Source: Escherichia coli
GTDB taxonomy: Bacteria; Pseudomonadota; Gammaproteobacteria; Enterobacterales; Enterobacteriaceae
Assembly (NCBI RefSeq): GCF_050920415.1
Contig: NZ_CP169309.1
Length of the DNA stretch: 64,000 nucleotides
Reading direction: 5' to 3' (one strand)
The position numbers and the translations under genes were made by a program. The first letter of the stretch is position 1; each line of letters begins with the position of its first letter. The notes beneath the pieces were generated by a model that saw only the letters and a program-made list of their open reading frames with translations, did no database searches and had not been told where the DNA came from. This document shows positions 1-16,365 of the stretch, piece after piece.

Positions 1-39
1 GGTTATCAGCAGAACGGGAAGGCCCACGGCGGCAATCCG

Positions 40-549
40 TTAGTTGCCCCGCAGCAGACGCATCATGTCTTCTTGCTTCTCGTCTTCTTCCTCTTCTTCG
101 TCATCGTCATAAGAGAGGCCGAGTTTCTGCATCAACTCATCAATACGATCCAGTTTGGCATCCACCCAGGATTGCTCTTCGGCGCTCAGGGTTTCGCCTG
201 CCTCCAGACGTTCCAGCAGCGCATCCAGACGCTCATCCGTTTCCAGTAACTCCAACTCCGCCTGCGGTGAAAGCATAGGTTTCTCACTCTTCGGTTTGTG
301 CTGTTTGGTGACTTTTTCAGTCACGCCCAATGGAATAGGGGTTTTACTGCCAATACGTGGATCTTTCGGTGCGTTCTGGCCTTTGCTGCCTGACGTGGTG
401 TTACCGCCCGCTGCGCGGCTGCCCGGCGCATGACCACGACGTTTTTTCTGACGCTTACGGTCACGAGCTTCCTGATCCAGCTCCTCGCGTGTTTTTCGAC
501 GCGCTTTTGCATGACCTTTGCTGCGTGAGTTTGAAGATGATGGTTTCAT
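40..549 (-). CDS. yihI: Der GTPase-activating protein YihI (start moved to internal MKPSSS Met; track ORF 40..612 is an upstream extension)
   Basis: Highly basic N-terminus and acidic [11 protein letters not shown]-terminus matching my memory of E. coli YihI; ATG (cat on plus) at 547-549. Confidence 0.85.
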   Translation of the reverse strand: MKPSSSNSRSKGHAKARRKTREELDQEARDRKRQKKRRGHAPGSRAAGGNTTSGSKGQNAPKDPRIGSKTPIPLGVTEKVTKQHKPKSEKPMLSPQAELELLETDERLDALLERLEAGETLSAEEQSWVDAKLDRIDELMQKLGLSYDDDEEEEEDEKQEDMMRLLRGN

Positions 550-617
550 AATGGTTCGTCTTTTAGCCGTTTTATTCAGTATAGATTTGCGGCGGAATCT
601 AACAGAAAGCAAGCAAA

Positions 618-860
618 GAAAAAAGGCGACAGATTACTCTGTCGCCTTTTTTCCTGACTCATAACCCTTAACGGGTCTTACAATCCTTGCAGGCCGCCAA
701 CACACCCTGTTTTTCCATTAGCCGGAACAATCCGTGTTGATTCCATTTCCGTTTAATTACGTCTCCGGACGTTTGTCTTCCTGACAATCCTCTGTCTTCG
801 CCTCCTGGCGCTCCTGACCCTCATCCTGAGTCATTGTTCCTGTTAGCGTCCTCGCTCTAT
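618..860 (-). ncRNA. csrC: CsrC small RNA (CsrA-sequestering)
   Basis: Reverse complement begins ATAGAGCGAGGACGCTAACAGG, carries multiple GGA-containing repeats, and ends in a GGCGACAGAGTAATCTGTCGCC hairpin plus U-run; sits in the yihI-engB intergenic region as in K-12. Confidence 0.75.
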
Positions 861-1130
861 GGGTGCTACTTTACGCCTTTGCTTTAAACAAACAATCAAC
901 CGCCATCAGTATTTGCACATTTTCAGAGTTTTATATAAAAGCAATTAACTGATTTATATAGTTTATTTGACATGCATCGCAGAATTTTCTCTGCTATTTC
1001 GCATAAAGACTATCGGCAATGTCTCACAAAGCGTATGGCTTTTACTTACAACGCTCACGCCGAAAAATCCGCCTTTTATTATGGTTCAGGTATAATCGCC
1101 GCAAAGCTTTGACTGACGGAGACGACCGCT

Positions 1131-1763
1131 TTGACTAATTTGAATTATCAACAGACGCATTTTGTGATGAGTGCGCCTGATATTCGCCACCTACCTTCCG
1201 ATACCGGAATTGAAGTGGCTTTTGCAGGCCGTTCCAACGCAGGTAAATCCAGCGCGCTGAACACGCTGACTAACCAGAAAAGCCTGGCGCGGACCTCAAA
1301 AACCCCAGGGCGCACCCAGCTTATCAACCTGTTTGAAGTGGCTGACGGCAAGCGTCTGGTTGACCTGCCCGGCTATGGCTACGCGGAAGTCCCGGAAGAG
1401 ATGAAGCGCAAATGGCAACGCGCGCTCGGCGAATACCTCGAAAAACGTCAGAGCCTGCAAGGCCTGGTGGTACTCATGGATATTCGCCATCCGTTGAAAG
1501 ACCTCGATCAGCAGATGATTGAGTGGGCGGTAGACAGTAATATCGCCGTACTGGTGCTGCTGACCAAAGCGGACAAACTGGCAAGCGGCGCACGTAAAGC
1601 ACAATTGAATATGGTGCGTGAAGCAGTGCTGGCGTTTAACGGTGATGTGCAGGTTGAAACGTTCTCTTCGCTGAAGAAGCAAGGCGTGGACAAGCTGCGG
1701 CAGAAACTGGATACCTGGTTTAGCGAGATGCAGCCTGTCGAAGAAACGCAGGACGGCGAATAA
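1131..1763 (+). CDS. engB: Ribosome biogenesis GTP-binding protein EngB/YsxC (TTG start)
   Basis: 210 aa ORF with P-loop GRSNAGKSS and the rest of the GTPase fold; length matches E. coli EngB. Confidence 0.9.
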
Positions 1764-1779
1764 TTTTCTTGCCTTAATG

Positions 1780-1866
1780 CTTGTGCCGGATGTGGCGTAT
1801 CCGGCCGGTAAATTCAATAGATTACAATTCTACCGTTGGCCTGATAAACATGGCGCATCAGGCATT
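1780..1866. repeat. REP-like palindromic units downstream of engB
   Basis: gccggatgtggcgtatccggcc and ggcctgataaacatggcgcatcaggc palindromes. Confidence 0.4.
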
Positions 1867-1888
1867 ACAGATCTTTTCTTTCGCCCAA

Positions 1889-1997
1889 TAAAAAACGCCC
1901 CAGTCATTACTGACTGGGGCGGCTAAAATATTCAGCCAAATCCGATTACGTGAAGTAAAAGGTCTGAAAGATAGAACATCTTACCTCTGTACCCTAC
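1889..1997 (-). ncRNA. spf: Spot 42 small RNA
   Basis: Reverse complement reads GTAGGGTACAGAGGTAAGATGTTCTATCTTTCAGACC...CCCCAGTCAGTAATGACTGGGGCGTTTTTTATTGGGC; matches the Spot 42 sequence and terminator from memory, between polA and engB. Confidence 0.85.
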
Positions 1998-2144
1998 GCG
2001 ACTAACTTTACTCTTTTTTGTTCAGTTCAGAAAGCATTTTTTGTAATTTTTTTTCAGTTGTTGCATAGGAATTTCTAATAGCCATCACAAAACGTGACAG
2101 CTTATGTTGCTTACTTACGAAAAAAGGGCATGTTCAGGCGAATC

Positions 2145-4931
2145 TTAGTGCGCCTGATCCCAGTTTTCGCCACTCCCCACTTCCACCAGCAACGGCACAT
2201 CCAGACGAGTACAATTCTCCATCAGTTGATGGATTTTCTTCGCTACCGCCTCAAGATCATCTTTATGAACTTCAAATACCAGTTCATCGTGTACCTGCAT
2301 AATCATACGCACACGCGGTTGCTCAGCTTGTAACCACGCATCAACGGCAATCATCGCTCGTTTGATAATGTCGGCGGCGGTTCCCTGCATTGGCGCGTTA
2401 ATGGCTGCACGTTCAGCCGCTGCACGACGAGCACCATTGCTGGATTTGATATCCGGCAGATACAGACGGCGTCCGTCCAGCGTTTCAACGTAGCCCTGCT
2501 CTTTCGCCTGAGCACGGGTGCGTTCCATATACTCCAGCACGCCAGGGTAGCGTTCGAAGTAAAGGTCCATGTACTTCTGCGCTTCTTTACGCGGAATGTT
2601 CAATTGTCGCGCCAGACCGAAAGCACTCATGCCATAAATCAGACCAAAGTTGATCGCTTTCGCGCTACGGCGTTGCTCGCTGGTGACGGTTTCCAGTGGC
2701 AAACCAAACACTTCTGCCGCCGTAGCCCGGTGGATATCTTTTCCTTCCGCGAATGCGGTCAGCAAGCCTTTGTCACGCGAGAGATGCGCCATAATGCGCA
2801 GTTCAATCTGCGAGTAGTCCGCCGAGACAATCACATAATCCTCTGGCGCAATAAACGCCTGGCGGATACGACGACCTTCTTCGTTACGCACCGGAATGTT
2901 TTGCAGGTTAGGATCGGTTGACGATAAACGTCCCGTTGCGGTTACTGCCTGGTGATAAGAGGTATGTACACGCCCGGTTTTCGGGTTGATCATCAGCGGC
3001 AGCTTGTCGGTGTAGGTCGATTTCAGCTTCGCCAGACCACGATACTCCAGAATCACTTTTGGCAACGGATAGTCCAGCGCCAGTTCTTCCAGTACCTCTT
3101 CCGACGTTGACGGCGCACCACCCGGCGTTTTCTTCAGCGGTTTAATGCCCTGTTTTTCAAACAGAATGGTTTGTAACTGCTTGGTGGAAGAAAGGTTAAA
3201 TTCTTCACCTGCAATTTCATGCGCTTTCTTTTCCAGCTCAGCCAGACGTAGAGTGAGCTCTTCAGAATGATTATGAAGCACTTTCGGATCGATCTTCACA
3301 CCGTTACGTTCAATGCGTGAAAGCACCGGCACCAAAGGCATTTCGATATTCTCGAAGACGTTCAACGGCCCTTTGTGTTTTTGCAGATCCGGCCACATTT
3401 TCAGATGCAACTGCAAGGTGACATCTGCATCTTCGGCGGCGTAACGTCCGGCCTCTTCGAGGGCAATCTGGTTAAAGGTCAGTTGATTTTTGCCTTTACC
3501 AGCAATCTCTTCAAAAGTGATGGTTTTGTGCTTCAACCAACGTTCCGCGAGGCTGTCCATATCGTGACGTCCGGCAACGCTATTGAGAATGTAGGACTCC
3601 AGCATGGTATCAAACGCAATCCCACGTAGTTCAATGCCGTAGTTCGCCAGAATACCGCGATCGTATTTCAGGTTTTGCCCGACCTTCAGCGCCTTTTCAT
3701 CTTCCAGCAGCGGTTTTAGCAACTCGAGTGCACGCTCGCGAGAGATTTGATCGGGCGCATCAAGATAATCATGAGCAACCGGAATATATGCCGCTACGCC
3801 TGGCTCGATAGCAAAAGAAAGCCCGACCAGGTTAGCAGAGATGTTATCAAGGCTGTCGGTTTCGGTATCAAATGCAAATACCGGCGCTTTTTCCAGCTTC
3901 GCAATCCACTCTTTCAGTGTTTCTTCATCAAGGATGGTGACGTAGTTGTCATAAGAAATCACCGTTGCCGTCACTTCTGGCGCTTCGTCTACAACACTGG
4001 TTTGCTGCGGCTTCGCGGCTGGTTTTTCCCCTTTGGCCTGTAGCCATTTTCCCGCTTCGACATCAGCAGTCCAGCGTTTGAACTCATACTTTTTGAACAG
4101 CCCTAACAACTCTTCTGCCGCCGGTTGCTGCACTTCCAGTTGTTCACAGGTCAGCTCCAGTTCAACGTCGGTTTTAATCGTCGCCAGCTGGTATGAGAGA
4201 TAAGCCACTTCTTTGTTTTGCTCGAGCTTCGCCGCCATTGTTTTCGCGCCACGGAAGCTTAGGCCAGCAATTTTTTCCGGCTCGGCATACAGCGTATCCA
4301 GCCCGCCAAGACCCTGCAGCAGTGCCTGCGCGGTTTTTTCACCAACGCCCGGTACGCCAGGAATGTTATCAGAGGAGTCCCCCATCAGCGCCAGGAAGTC
4401 GATGATCAGTTCTGGCGGTACGCCGTACTTATTCACCACCTCTTCCGGGCCGAGGATGGTATTCGTCATGGTATTGATAAGCGTAATATTTGGCGTCACC
4501 AGCTGCGCCATATCTTTATCGCCTGTGCTTATCAGCACCGGACGTCCGGCTTTTTCGGCTTCCCGCGCCAGAGTACCGATAACGTCGTCCGCTTCTACGC
4601 CAGAAACCGCCAGCAGCGGCAGTCCCATCGCTTTAACCATCGCGTGCAGGGGTTCGATTTGTGCTCGCAGATCGTCCGGCATTGGCGGGCGATGTGATTT
4701 GTAATGTTCAAACAGTTCATCACGAAAGGTTTTTCCCTTGGCGTCAAAGACCACCGCTGCATGCGTCGGTTTATATTGCATGATCAGACTGCGCAGCATG
4801 TTGAGGACACCATACATCGCACCGGTCGGCTCGCCTGCGCTGTTAGTCAGCGGGGGAAACGCGTGATATGCGCGATAAAGATAAGATGAACCATCTACAA
4901 GGATAAGTGGATTTTGGGGGATCTGAACCAT
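2145..4931 (-). CDS. polA: DNA polymerase I
   Basis: 928 aa ORF; 5'-3' exonuclease N-terminus, 3'-5' exonuclease and polymerase domains recognisable; length equals E. coli PolA. Confidence 0.97.
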   Translation of the reverse strand: MVQIPQNPLILVDGSSYLYRAYHAFPPLTNSAGEPTGAMYGVLNMLRSLIMQYKPTHAAVVFDAKGKTFRDELFEHYKSHRPPMPDDLRAQIEPLHAMVKAMGLPLLAVSGVEADDVIGTLAREAEKAGRPVLISTGDKDMAQLVTPNITLINTMTNTILGPEEVVNKYGVPPELIIDFLALMGDSSDNIPGVPGVGEKTAQALLQGLGGLDTLYAEPEKIAGLSFRGAKTMAAKLEQNKEVAYLSYQLATIKTDVELELTCEQLEVQQPAAEELLGLFKKYEFKRWTADVEAGKWLQAKGEKPAAKPQQTSVVDEAPEVTATVISYDNYVTILDEETLKEWIAKLEKAPVFAFDTETDSLDNISANLVGLSFAIEPGVAAYIPVAHDYLDAPDQISRERALELLKPLLEDEKALKVGQNLKYDRGILANYGIELRGIAFDTMLESYILNSVAGRHDMDSLAERWLKHKTITFEEIAGKGKNQLTFNQIALEEAGRYAAEDADVTLQLHLKMWPDLQKHKGPLNVFENIEMPLVPVLSRIERNGVKIDPKVLHNHSEELTLRLAELEKKAHEIAGEEFNLSSTKQLQTILFEKQGIKPLKKTPGGAPSTSEEVLEELALDYPLPKVILEYRGLAKLKSTYTDKLPLMINPKTGRVHTSYHQAVTATGRLSSTDPNLQNIPVRNEEGRRIRQAFIAPEDYVIVSADYSQIELRIMAHLSRDKGLLTAFAEGKDIHRATAAEVFGLPLETVTSEQRRSAKAINFGLIYGMSAFGLARQLNIPRKEAQKYMDLYFERYPGVLEYMERTRAQAKEQGYVETLDGRRLYLPDIKSSNGARRAAAERAAINAPMQGTAADIIKRAMIAVDAWLQAEQPRVRMIMQVHDELVFEVHKDDLEAVAKKIHQLMENCTRLDVPLLVEVGSGENWDQAH

Positions 4932-5294
4932 AATGTCCGTGCCTGTTTATCAGATTATGGGTAAAGGATGCCACAGACAGGATGAAAACATGAGTTTTTC
5001 ACCGCTTTTCGTGAAAATCTTTTGTAGATCTTCTGGATCGCTCGCAAATCGTCATGTGGATAACTTTGTGCATAAATTATTTACATCGCTTTTAATTTAT
5101 TATCATGCTTTTTACAGCATGATGTTTGTCTTTGCTTTTCATACAGTTAAATATAAAGCCATCCCTAATAATTGTGATAATGGGATTTTTTCTAATGTGG
5201 ATAGATATGAATTATTTTTCTCCTTAAGGATCATCCGTTATTTGGGGCGTTTTCTGCTAAAATCGGCGCCTTGCGCTTCTTTAGCGCACTGTCT

Positions 5295-6227
5295 ATGGCT
5301 AACCTTTTGAATAAATTCATTATGACGAGAATACTCGCTGCGATAACCCTTTTGCTGAGTATCGTATTGACCATTTTGGTCACTATTTTTTGCTCCGTCC
5401 CGATCATCATTGCCGGGATTGTAAAACTATTGCTACCTGTGCCAGTCATTTGGCGAAAGGTTTCGCGTTTTTGTGATTTTATGATGTATTGCTGGTGTGA
5501 AAGTCTGGCGGTATTACTGCATCTGAACCCACACCTGCAATGGGAAGTTCACGGGCTGGAAGGGTTAAGTAAGAAGAACTGGTATCTGCTTATTTGTAAC
5601 CACCGTAGTTGGGCAGATATTGTCGTACTGTGCGTGCTGTTTCGTAAGCACATTCCGATGAATAAATATTTCCTCAAGCAGCAGCTTGCCTGGGTACCAT
5701 TTCTTGGCCTGGCATGCTGGGCGCTGGATATGCCGTTTATGAAGCGTTATTCCCGCGCTTATTTATTACGTCATCCGGAACGACGTGGTAAAGATGTTGA
5801 AACCACCCGGCGTTCTTGTGAAAAGTTTCGCCTGCACCCCACCACCATTGTCAATTTCGTTGAAGGCTCCCGTTTCACGCAAGAAAAACATCAGCAAACC
5901 CACTCCACTTTTCAAAACTTGTTGCCACCAAAGGCAGCAGGCATTGCGATGGCGCTAAATGTACTGGGTAAACAATTCGATAAACTGCTTAATGTTACGC
6001 TGTGTTATCCGGACAATAACCGTCAGCCGTTCTTCGATATGTTAAGCGGTAAACTGACGCGAATTGTCGTACATGTGGATTTACAGCCTATTGCCGATGA
6101 TTTACATGGCGACTACATCAATGACAAAAGCTTTAAGCGCCATTTTCAGCAATGGCTGAACTCACTGTGGCAGGAAAAAGACCGACTTCTGACGTCGTTG
6201 ATGTCATCACAGCGTCAGAATAAGTAA
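5295..6227 (+). CDS. yihG: Putative acyltransferase YihG (PlsC family), start at internal MANLL Met
   Basis: N-terminal TM segment, NHRSWADI acyltransferase motif; conserved position next to polA. Confidence 0.8.
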   Translation: MANLLNKFIMTRILAAITLLLSIVLTILVTIFCSVPIIIAGIVKLLLPVPVIWRKVSRFCDFMMYCWCESLAVLLHLNPHLQWEVHGLEGLSKKNWYLLICNHRSWADIVVLCVLFRKHIPMNKYFLKQQLAWVPFLGLACWALDMPFMKRYSRAYLLRHPERRGKDVETTRRSCEKFRLHPTTIVNFVEGSRFTQEKHQQTHSTFQNLLPPKAAGIAMALNVLGKQFDKLLNVTLCYPDNNRQPFFDMLSGKLTRIVVHVDLQPIADDLHGDYINDKSFKRHFQQWLNSLWQEKDRLLTSLMSSQRQNK

Positions 6228-6267
6228 GTTTTACTCGCCTCTGAATGAGCAGAGGCGAGTGAGTATT

Positions 6268-7698
6268 TTAATGAACAAAACGTCCGGCACGAGACATAAA
6301 TTCTTCTTCGCTCATTTCCTGTCCGTTAAAAACAACTTTACCCGGTGTATAACGCAGTTGCAGCGAGGCGGTATTGTTGTCAATCGTGATTAACTGAAAC
6401 ATCTGACCTAATGTCATCATCCCGCTGATTTGTTTATCAGCCCGCTTTTGCGCTTTTTCAGCATCCATGCCTTCAGATAAATTAAGCTGTTTTGCGGTTT
6501 CTGTGACAACATTAAGCGGTAACTTCACGTCAAAATTGAGCGATTTAATATCTTTGTTTGTGGATGATGAAGATTTGGCTGGGTCGGCAATACTGATATC
6601 CAGATTGGCATTTAGTTCGCCGAGTGCGTTCTTCCATCTTACCGGTTGTTTAATGGTCGGCTCACTTTTTTGTAATAATGGTAAATACTCTTTGAACAAT
6701 GCAGCATTCACTTCTTGCAGAGCAACTTCATCGTTTGCTAACTCAGGGTGTGCAGCAAGCTGCTTCTGCATCGCAATGTTATACTGAATGATAAATTGGC
6801 GCACCGCTGAGGGATCAATAGATTCCGCAATCAAGGACCACTCACCACTACCGAGTTGCTGATTTCCTTTTGTTAACTTATCAAGTTCGTAGGTCAGATT
6901 GACATTGATATAATCTTTGTCTTTAACGCGATCCAGCCTGGTTTTTGCAACGAAAGCATCGATTTGGGCAACGTCTTCTCCCTGATTGATAATGTTAATC
7001 TGATTGAATTTCGACTCGCTTTCGCCAACCGGAAATTTCTTTTCTTCTAATCGCGTCAGAGAATCAATGGTAAAACTTTTCGCCGTTACTTTGTTCAATG
7101 GCGATAATTCCAGAACAATATCTTCGACTTTGCCTTCAATATCCAGGTTAGACAATGAGCTACCATCACCATTAAAAGTAAACTGGCCTTCACCAAAAGA
7201 AAACTTTCCATATTTTGCAGGGGCAACATCTAATGTCGTGGAGAATGAGCCACCAAACGCGAATCGCAATGTCGCTTCCACGGGCGATTTATTTTTTGCG
7301 GCGATAAATAGCGGTTGTGTCAGTTCATTATTCACTAAGTTCACTTTTGCCGCTGCCAGTGCGGGGATGACATTACCACGCATTAACATTGTGATGGGCA
7401 ACGGACCGTGCTCAACATCCACATCAAATGCAACTTTCTGGCCTGGCTTGATATTGAGATCGGGTGCACCGTTATCAAATGTCATTTGCATTTGAAAATG
7501 AGAATTAAAAAAGCCTTTGTCAAAGTTTTTATAACTTAACGTCATATCGTAGGCATGTTCACCTTTCTTTTTAGCATCGTTAAAATCTTTAATGAACTTT
7601 TCGACACCAGGCTGAATTTGCGTACCTGTGTACCATGTGCCACCACCCCAGATTACGGCTAACGCAACAATAACACCTGTAGCTGACTTACGTATCAT
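6268..7698 (-). CDS. yihF: DUF945-family protein YihF (start at internal MIRKSATG Met, 476 aa)
   Basis: Signal-anchor N-terminus, size and position between yihG and dsbA as in K-12. Confidence 0.75.
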   Translation of the reverse strand: MIRKSATGVIVALAVIWGGGTWYTGTQIQPGVEKFIKDFNDAKKKGEHAYDMTLSYKNFDKGFFNSHFQMQMTFDNGAPDLNIKPGQKVAFDVDVEHGPLPITMLMRGNVIPALAAAKVNLVNNELTQPLFIAAKNKSPVEATLRFAFGGSFSTTLDVAPAKYGKFSFGEGQFTFNGDGSSLSNLDIEGKVEDIVLELSPLNKVTAKSFTIDSLTRLEEKKFPVGESESKFNQINIINQGEDVAQIDAFVAKTRLDRVKDKDYINVNLTYELDKLTKGNQQLGSGEWSLIAESIDPSAVRQFIIQYNIAMQKQLAAHPELANDEVALQEVNAALFKEYLPLLQKSEPTIKQPVRWKNALGELNANLDISIADPAKSSSSTNKDIKSLNFDVKLPLNVVTETAKQLNLSEGMDAEKAQKRADKQISGMMTLGQMFQLITIDNNTASLQLRYTPGKVVFNGQEMSEEEFMSRAGRFVH

Positions 7699-7801
7699 AT
7701 AAATATTCCCTGATAAAACAGCAAAACTTTGAATATCCACTTATGCTGAAATAATGTCCAGCGGCAGGACGCATTATCAGAATGTATTTATATTTATTAA
7801 A

Positions 7802-7835
7802 TAATAAAAAAAGCCCGTGAATATTCACGGGCTTT
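7802..7835 (-). terminator. Intrinsic terminator downstream of dsbA
   Basis: Perfect hairpin gcccgtgaatattcacgggc flanked by A-run and T-run, immediately 3' of the dsbA stop. Confidence 0.55.
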
Positions 7836-7852
7836 ATGTAATTTACATTGAA

Positions 7853-8479
7853 TTATTTTTTCTCGGACAGATATTTCACAGTATCAGCATACTGCTGAAC
7901 AAAAACATCCATATTGCTGGTATCCATACCCTGCGGATTCAGCTGATATTTACCATTAACAAACATCGCCGGAACGCCACGCAATTGCACGTCAGCTGCA
8001 GCTTTTTCCTGCTGAGCGACCAGGGATTTCACCACGAAGCTGTTCCACGCCGCGTCGTACTCTTCACCTTTAATACCTGCGTTGATAAATACATCGCGGA
8101 TATCAGATGCTGAACGAATGGTCTGGGTTTTCTGTACGCCTTCAAACAGCGGAACAGTGACTTTGTCTTCCACGCCCAGTGCCATCGCCACTGCCCATGC
8201 CTGAGTCAGATCTTTGCCCAGGTCACCCCCCATGAAGTTGACGTGGTATTTAGTCATCTTCACGCCTTCCGGCAGTTTTTTCTTCACGTTATCAGAAATA
8301 TGCAGAACTTCTTCAAACTGATAGCAGTGCGGGCAGAAGAAAGAGAAAAACTCCAGCACTTGCGGCGCGCCAGCTACCGGTTTTTCCAGGGTAGTGTACT
8401 GTTTACCATCTTCATACTGCGCCGCCGATGCGCTAAACGCTAAAACTAAACCAGCCAGCGCCAGCCAAATCTTTTTCAT
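7853..8479 (-). CDS. dsbA: Periplasmic thiol:disulfide oxidoreductase DsbA
   Basis: 208 aa, signal peptide, CPHC active site ([12 protein letters not shown]). Confidence 0.95.
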
Positions 8480-8495
8480 GATCTACTCTCTCCGA

Positions 8496-9482
8496 TTAAT
8501 ACATAGGTGTTAATTGCAAAGGGGGTTCTTGTAGAACTTTTGCCTGTTCTATAAAAGTCGCCGTCTGTCGCAGCCAGTAATCTTCCCCGGTTAACCACGG
8601 GAAATTTTTCGGGAACGCGGGATCAGCCCAACGCCGCATTAGCCAGGCAAGATAATAAACCAAACGCATGGCGCGTAAAGGTTCAATCAGTCCGATTTCA
8701 GCGGTGTCGAACTCGCTAAATTCTTCATAAGCTTCAATAATAGTTTCCAGTTGCATCCGCTGCTCGGCTTTATCGCCATTGAGCAACATCCACAAATCCT
8801 GAATAGCCGGACCATTACGTGCATCATCCAGATCAACAAACATTGGACCATCGCGCCAGAGGATATTCCCGGCGTGGCAGTCTCCATGTAGCCGCAGAAC
8901 GGTGAAATCTTCCCGCCAGTGTGCTGTAACGGCGGCGATCAGCTCATCTGTCGCTTTCAGGAATGCCGCTTTCAACCCGGAAGGTATCAGTGTAGCGTCC
9001 TCAAACAGCTTGCGTGGCTCAATGAGATATTCATTCAGACCGATGGTCGGGCGATGGATAAAAAGCTGTTTGCGCCCCGTCTGGTGCATACACCCTAAAT
9101 AACGCCCAACAGCTTCCATCTGATCGATATTATCAGCTTCGAACTGGCGACCACCGACGCTTGGAAAAACAGCGAAATAAAATCCCTGATGATTCAATAA
9201 AGTCTGACCGTTAAAGGCCACAGGCGCTGCGACCGGAACTTCATCGTTAACCAGCTGCAACGCAAATTGATGTTCTTCGAGGATTTGATCGGCTGTCCAA
9301 CGTTCAGGGCGATAAAATTTGACGACAAAACGTCGACGATCTTCGTCCTGAAATTGATAGACACGGTTTTCATAGCTGTTAAGCGGGGTAAGACCGGAAT
9401 CCACCCGGATCCCATGCTCAAACAGAGCGTCCATGATGGTATCCGGGTGTAGTGTCTGGAAAGTAAAAGCGCTGTTGTTCAT
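8496..9482 (-). CDS. srkA: Stress response Ser/Thr kinase SrkA (YihE)
   Basis: 328 aa, kinase-like fold with HGDCHAGN motif; position downstream of dsbA. Confidence 0.9.
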   Translation of the reverse strand: MNNSAFTFQTLHPDTIMDALFEHGIRVDSGLTPLNSYENRVYQFQDEDRRRFVVKFYRPERWTADQILEEHQFALQLVNDEVPVAAPVAFNGQTLLNHQGFYFAVFPSVGGRQFEADNIDQMEAVGRYLGCMHQTGRKQLFIHRPTIGLNEYLIEPRKLFEDATLIPSGLKAAFLKATDELIAAVTAHWREDFTVLRLHGDCHAGNILWRDGPMFVDLDDARNGPAIQDLWMLLNGDKAEQRMQLETIIEAYEEFSEFDTAEIGLIEPLRAMRLVYYLAWLMRRWADPAFPKNFPWLTGEDYWLRQTATFIEQAKVLQEPPLQLTPMY

Positions 9483-9558
9483 CCCATCATCCGGAAAACA
9501 TTACGAATGATGAAGGATATCATTTCACGATGATTTTGGTGGCACCGCTTACAAGCTT

Positions 9559-9828
9559 TTACTCTTTAATTACGCCGCGAGCGCGTAACAGCGCCGTTTT
9601 GAAATCTTCTTCATAATCTTTCTGCAAACCCGGGATCACCGCACCTTTCGCAGAATCACGCATTTTCAGGTGATAGATCAGAATGTCATCCGTCAAATCC
9701 GCCAGTTCGCCGTCAAAACCTGACTCTTTCGCCAGTTTCTGCAAAAATTGCAGCAGGTTAAGGTCTGGCTCTTTTTGCCAGGCTGGCTGGAGGAGTTCAA
9801 TAACTTCATTCAGACGTTTACATTTCAT
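9559..9828 (-). CDS. yihD: Small protein YihD (start at internal MKCKRL Met)
   Basis: 89 aa ORF in conserved position between srkA and mobA. Confidence 0.8.
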   Translation of the reverse strand: MKCKRLNEVIELLQPAWQKEPDLNLLQFLQKLAKESGFDGELADLTDDILIYHLKMRDSAKGAVIPGLQKDYEEDFKTALLRARGVIKE

Positions 9829-9897
9829 AGTAATGCTCCTTACTCTTGAGACAGACACGTTAGCAGGGTCAATCCCACAATAAAAGAGGCGATATCG

Positions 9898-10482
9898 GTG
9901 AATCTGATGACGACGATAACAGGCGTTGTGCTGGCGGGCGGTAAAGCCAGACGAATGGGCGGCGTAGATAAAGGATTGCTTGAATTAAACGGCAAACCAT
10001 TATGGCAACATGTCGCTGACGCGCTTATGACGCAGCACTCTCACGTCGTGGTTAATGCTAATCGTCATCAGGAAATCTATCAGGCAAGCGGTCTGAAAGT
10101 GATTGAAGATACACTGGCGGATTACCCAGGCCCTCTGGCAGGAATGCTTTCAGTAATGCAGCAGGAAGCGGGGGAGTGGTTTTTGTTTTGCCCATGCGAT
10201 ACGCCTTACATTCCCCCTGATTTAGCTGCCCGGCTTAATCATCAGCGCAAAGATGCGCCTGTCGTGTGGGTCCACGACGGTGAACGCGATCACCCGACTA
10301 TTGCTCTGGTAAACCGCGCAATTGAGCCTTTATTACTGGAATATCTGCAAGCAGGAGAACGCCGGGTAATGGCATTTATGCGTCTGGCTGGCGGTCACGC
10401 GGTCGATTTCAGCGATCATAAAGATGCATTTGTAAACGTGAATACGCCAGAGGAGCTTGCCCGATGGCAGGAAAAACGATGA
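9898..10482 (+). CDS. mobA: Molybdenum cofactor guanylyltransferase MobA
   Basis: 194 aa; [14 protein letters not shown] nucleotide-binding motif. Confidence 0.9.
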   Translation: MNLMTTITGVVLAGGKARRMGGVDKGLLELNGKPLWQHVADALMTQHSHVVVNANRHQEIYQASGLKVIEDTLADYPGPLAGMLSVMQQEAGEWFLFCPCDTPYIPPDLAARLNHQRKDAPVVWVHDGERDHPTIALVNRAIEPLLLEYLQAGERRVMAFMRLAGGHAVDFSDHKDAFVNVNTPEELARWQEKR

Positions 10483-10991
10483 TACCGTTACTCGCCTTTG
10501 CCGCGTGGAGCGGCACTGGAAAAACTACGCTGCTGAAAAAACTGATCCCGGCATTATGCGCCAGAGGGATCCGTCCAGGGCTGATTAAGCATACGCACCA
10601 TGATATGGATGTTGATAAACCGGGCAAAGATAGCTATGAGCTGCGCAAGGCTGGCGCGGCACAAACCATCGTTGCCAGCCAGCAGCGATGGGCCTTGATG
10701 ACGGAAACACCAGACGAAGAAGAGCTGGATCTACATTTTCTCGCAAGTCGAATGGATACCTCAAAGCTGGATTTGATTCTGGTCGAAGGGTTTAAGCATG
10801 AAGAGATCGCAAAGATTGTGCTGTTTCGCGATGGAGCCGGACATCGACCGGAAGAATTAGTGATAGACAGACATGTTATTGCTGTAGCCAGTGATGTGCC
10901 GCTTAATCTTGATGTCGCGTTACTGGATATTAATGATGTTGAGGGGCTGGCTGATTTTGTGGTGGAGTGGATGCAAAATCAGGACGGATAA
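10464..10991 (+). CDS. mobB: Molybdopterin-guanine dinucleotide biosynthesis adapter MobB
   Basis: 175 aa; Walker A GTGKTT; overlaps mobA 3' end. Confidence 0.9.
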   Translation: MAGKTMIPLLAFAAWSGTGKTTLLKKLIPALCARGIRPGLIKHTHHDMDVDKPGKDSYELRKAGAAQTIVASQQRWALMTETPDEEELDLHFLASRMDTSKLDLILVEGFKHEEIAKIVLFRDGAGHRPEELVIDRHVIAVASDVPLNLDVALLDINDVEGLADFVVEWMQNQDG

Positions 10992-11047
10992 GCAAGAGTA
11001 GTCTGGATCAGACGCGCCAGCGTCGTATCCGACCTTTTTCTGCACCA

Positions 11048-11080
11048 GCGCAAAAAGGCCCAGTCTTCCGACCGGGCCTT
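11048..11080 (-). terminator. rrn operon T1-like terminator downstream of 5S rRNA
   Basis: Hairpin aaggcccagtcttccgaccgggcctt; on the minus strand it is followed by a T-run. Confidence 0.5.
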
Positions 11081-11092
11081 CTGCTTAATTTG

Positions 11093-11212
11093 ATGCCTGG
11101 CAGTTCCCTACTCTCGCATGGGGAGACCCCACACTACCATCGGCGCTACGGCGTTTCACTTCTGAGTTCGGCATGGGGTCAGGTGGGACCACCGCGCTAA
11201 GGCCGCCAGGCA
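11093..11212 (-). rRNA. rrfA: 5S ribosomal RNA
   Basis: 120 nt; reverse complement starts TGCCTGGCGGCC and ends ...GGGAACTGCCAGGCAT. Confidence 0.9.
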
Positions 11213-11305
11213 AATTCTGTTTCATCAGACCGCTTCTGCGTTCTGATTTAATCTGTATCAGGCTGAAAATCTTCTCTCAATCCGCCAAAACATCTTCGGC
11301 GTTGT

Positions 11306-14208
<2,903 letters not shown>

Positions 14209-14391
14209 TCACAACCCGAAGATGTTTCTTTCGATTCATCATCGTGTTGCGAAAATTTGAGAGACTCACGAACAACTTTCGTTGTTCAGTGTTTCAATTT
14301 TCAGCTTGATCCAGATTTTTAAAGAGCAAAACTTCGCAGTGAACCTTTGCAGGTACACTCTGAAGTATTTTTTATTTAATCACTACAGAGA

Positions 14392-14467
14392 TGGTGGAGC
14401 TATGCGGGATCGAACCGCAGACCTCCTGCGTGCAAAGCAGGCGCTCTCCCAGCTGAGCTATAGCCCC
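14392..14467 (-). tRNA. alaT: tRNA-Ala (anticodon UGC)
   Basis: Reverse complement GGGGCTATAGCTCAGCTGGGAGAGCGCCTGCTTTGCACGCAGGAGGTCTGCGGTTCGATCCCGCATAGCTCCACCA, an exact canonical 76 nt sequence. Confidence 0.95.
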
Positions 14468-14509
14468 ATAACATGTAGTTAAAACCTCTTCAAATTTGCG
14501 GTGCAAATT

Positions 14510-14585
14510 TGGTAGGCCTGAGTGGACTTGAACCACCGACCTCACCCTTATCAGGGGTGCGCTTAACCACCTGAGCTACAAGCCT
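14510..14585 (-). tRNA. ileT: tRNA-Ile (anticodon GAU), apparently 1 nt shorter than canonical in the D-arm
   Basis: Reverse complement AGGCTTGTAGCTCAGGTGGTTAAGCGCACCCCTGATAAGGGTGAGGTCGGTGGTTCAAGTCCACTCAGGCCTACCA; canonical as I recall has GGTTAGAGCGC. Confidence 0.85.
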
Positions 14586-14653
14586 GTAGAGGTTTTACTG
14601 CTCATTTTCATCAGACAATCTGTGTGAGCACTGCAAAGCACAGTTCTTTAAGG

Positions 14654-16190
<1,537 letters not shown>

Positions 16191-16313
16191 AAAAGTTTGA
16201 TGCTCAAAGAATTAAACTTCGTAATGAATTACGTGTTCACTCTTGAGACTTGGTATTCATTTTTCGTCTTGCGACGTTAAGAATCCGTATCTTCGAGTGC
16301 CCACACAGATTGT

Positions 16314-16333
16314 CTGATAAATTGTTAAAGAGC
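16314..16333 (-). promoter_or_regulatory. rrn leader boxA antitermination element
   Basis: Reverse complement TGCTCTTTAACAATTTATCA in the 16S leader. Confidence 0.6.
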
Positions 16334-16365
16334 AGTGCCGCTTCGCTTTTTCTCAGCGGCGCGGG

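Noticed and set aside
11093-11212. Possible single-base difference in 5S rRNA near its 5' end (GGCGGCCTTAGCGCGG)
   Set aside because: Different rrf copies vary at this position and my memory of the exact reference is not reliable enough to call it.
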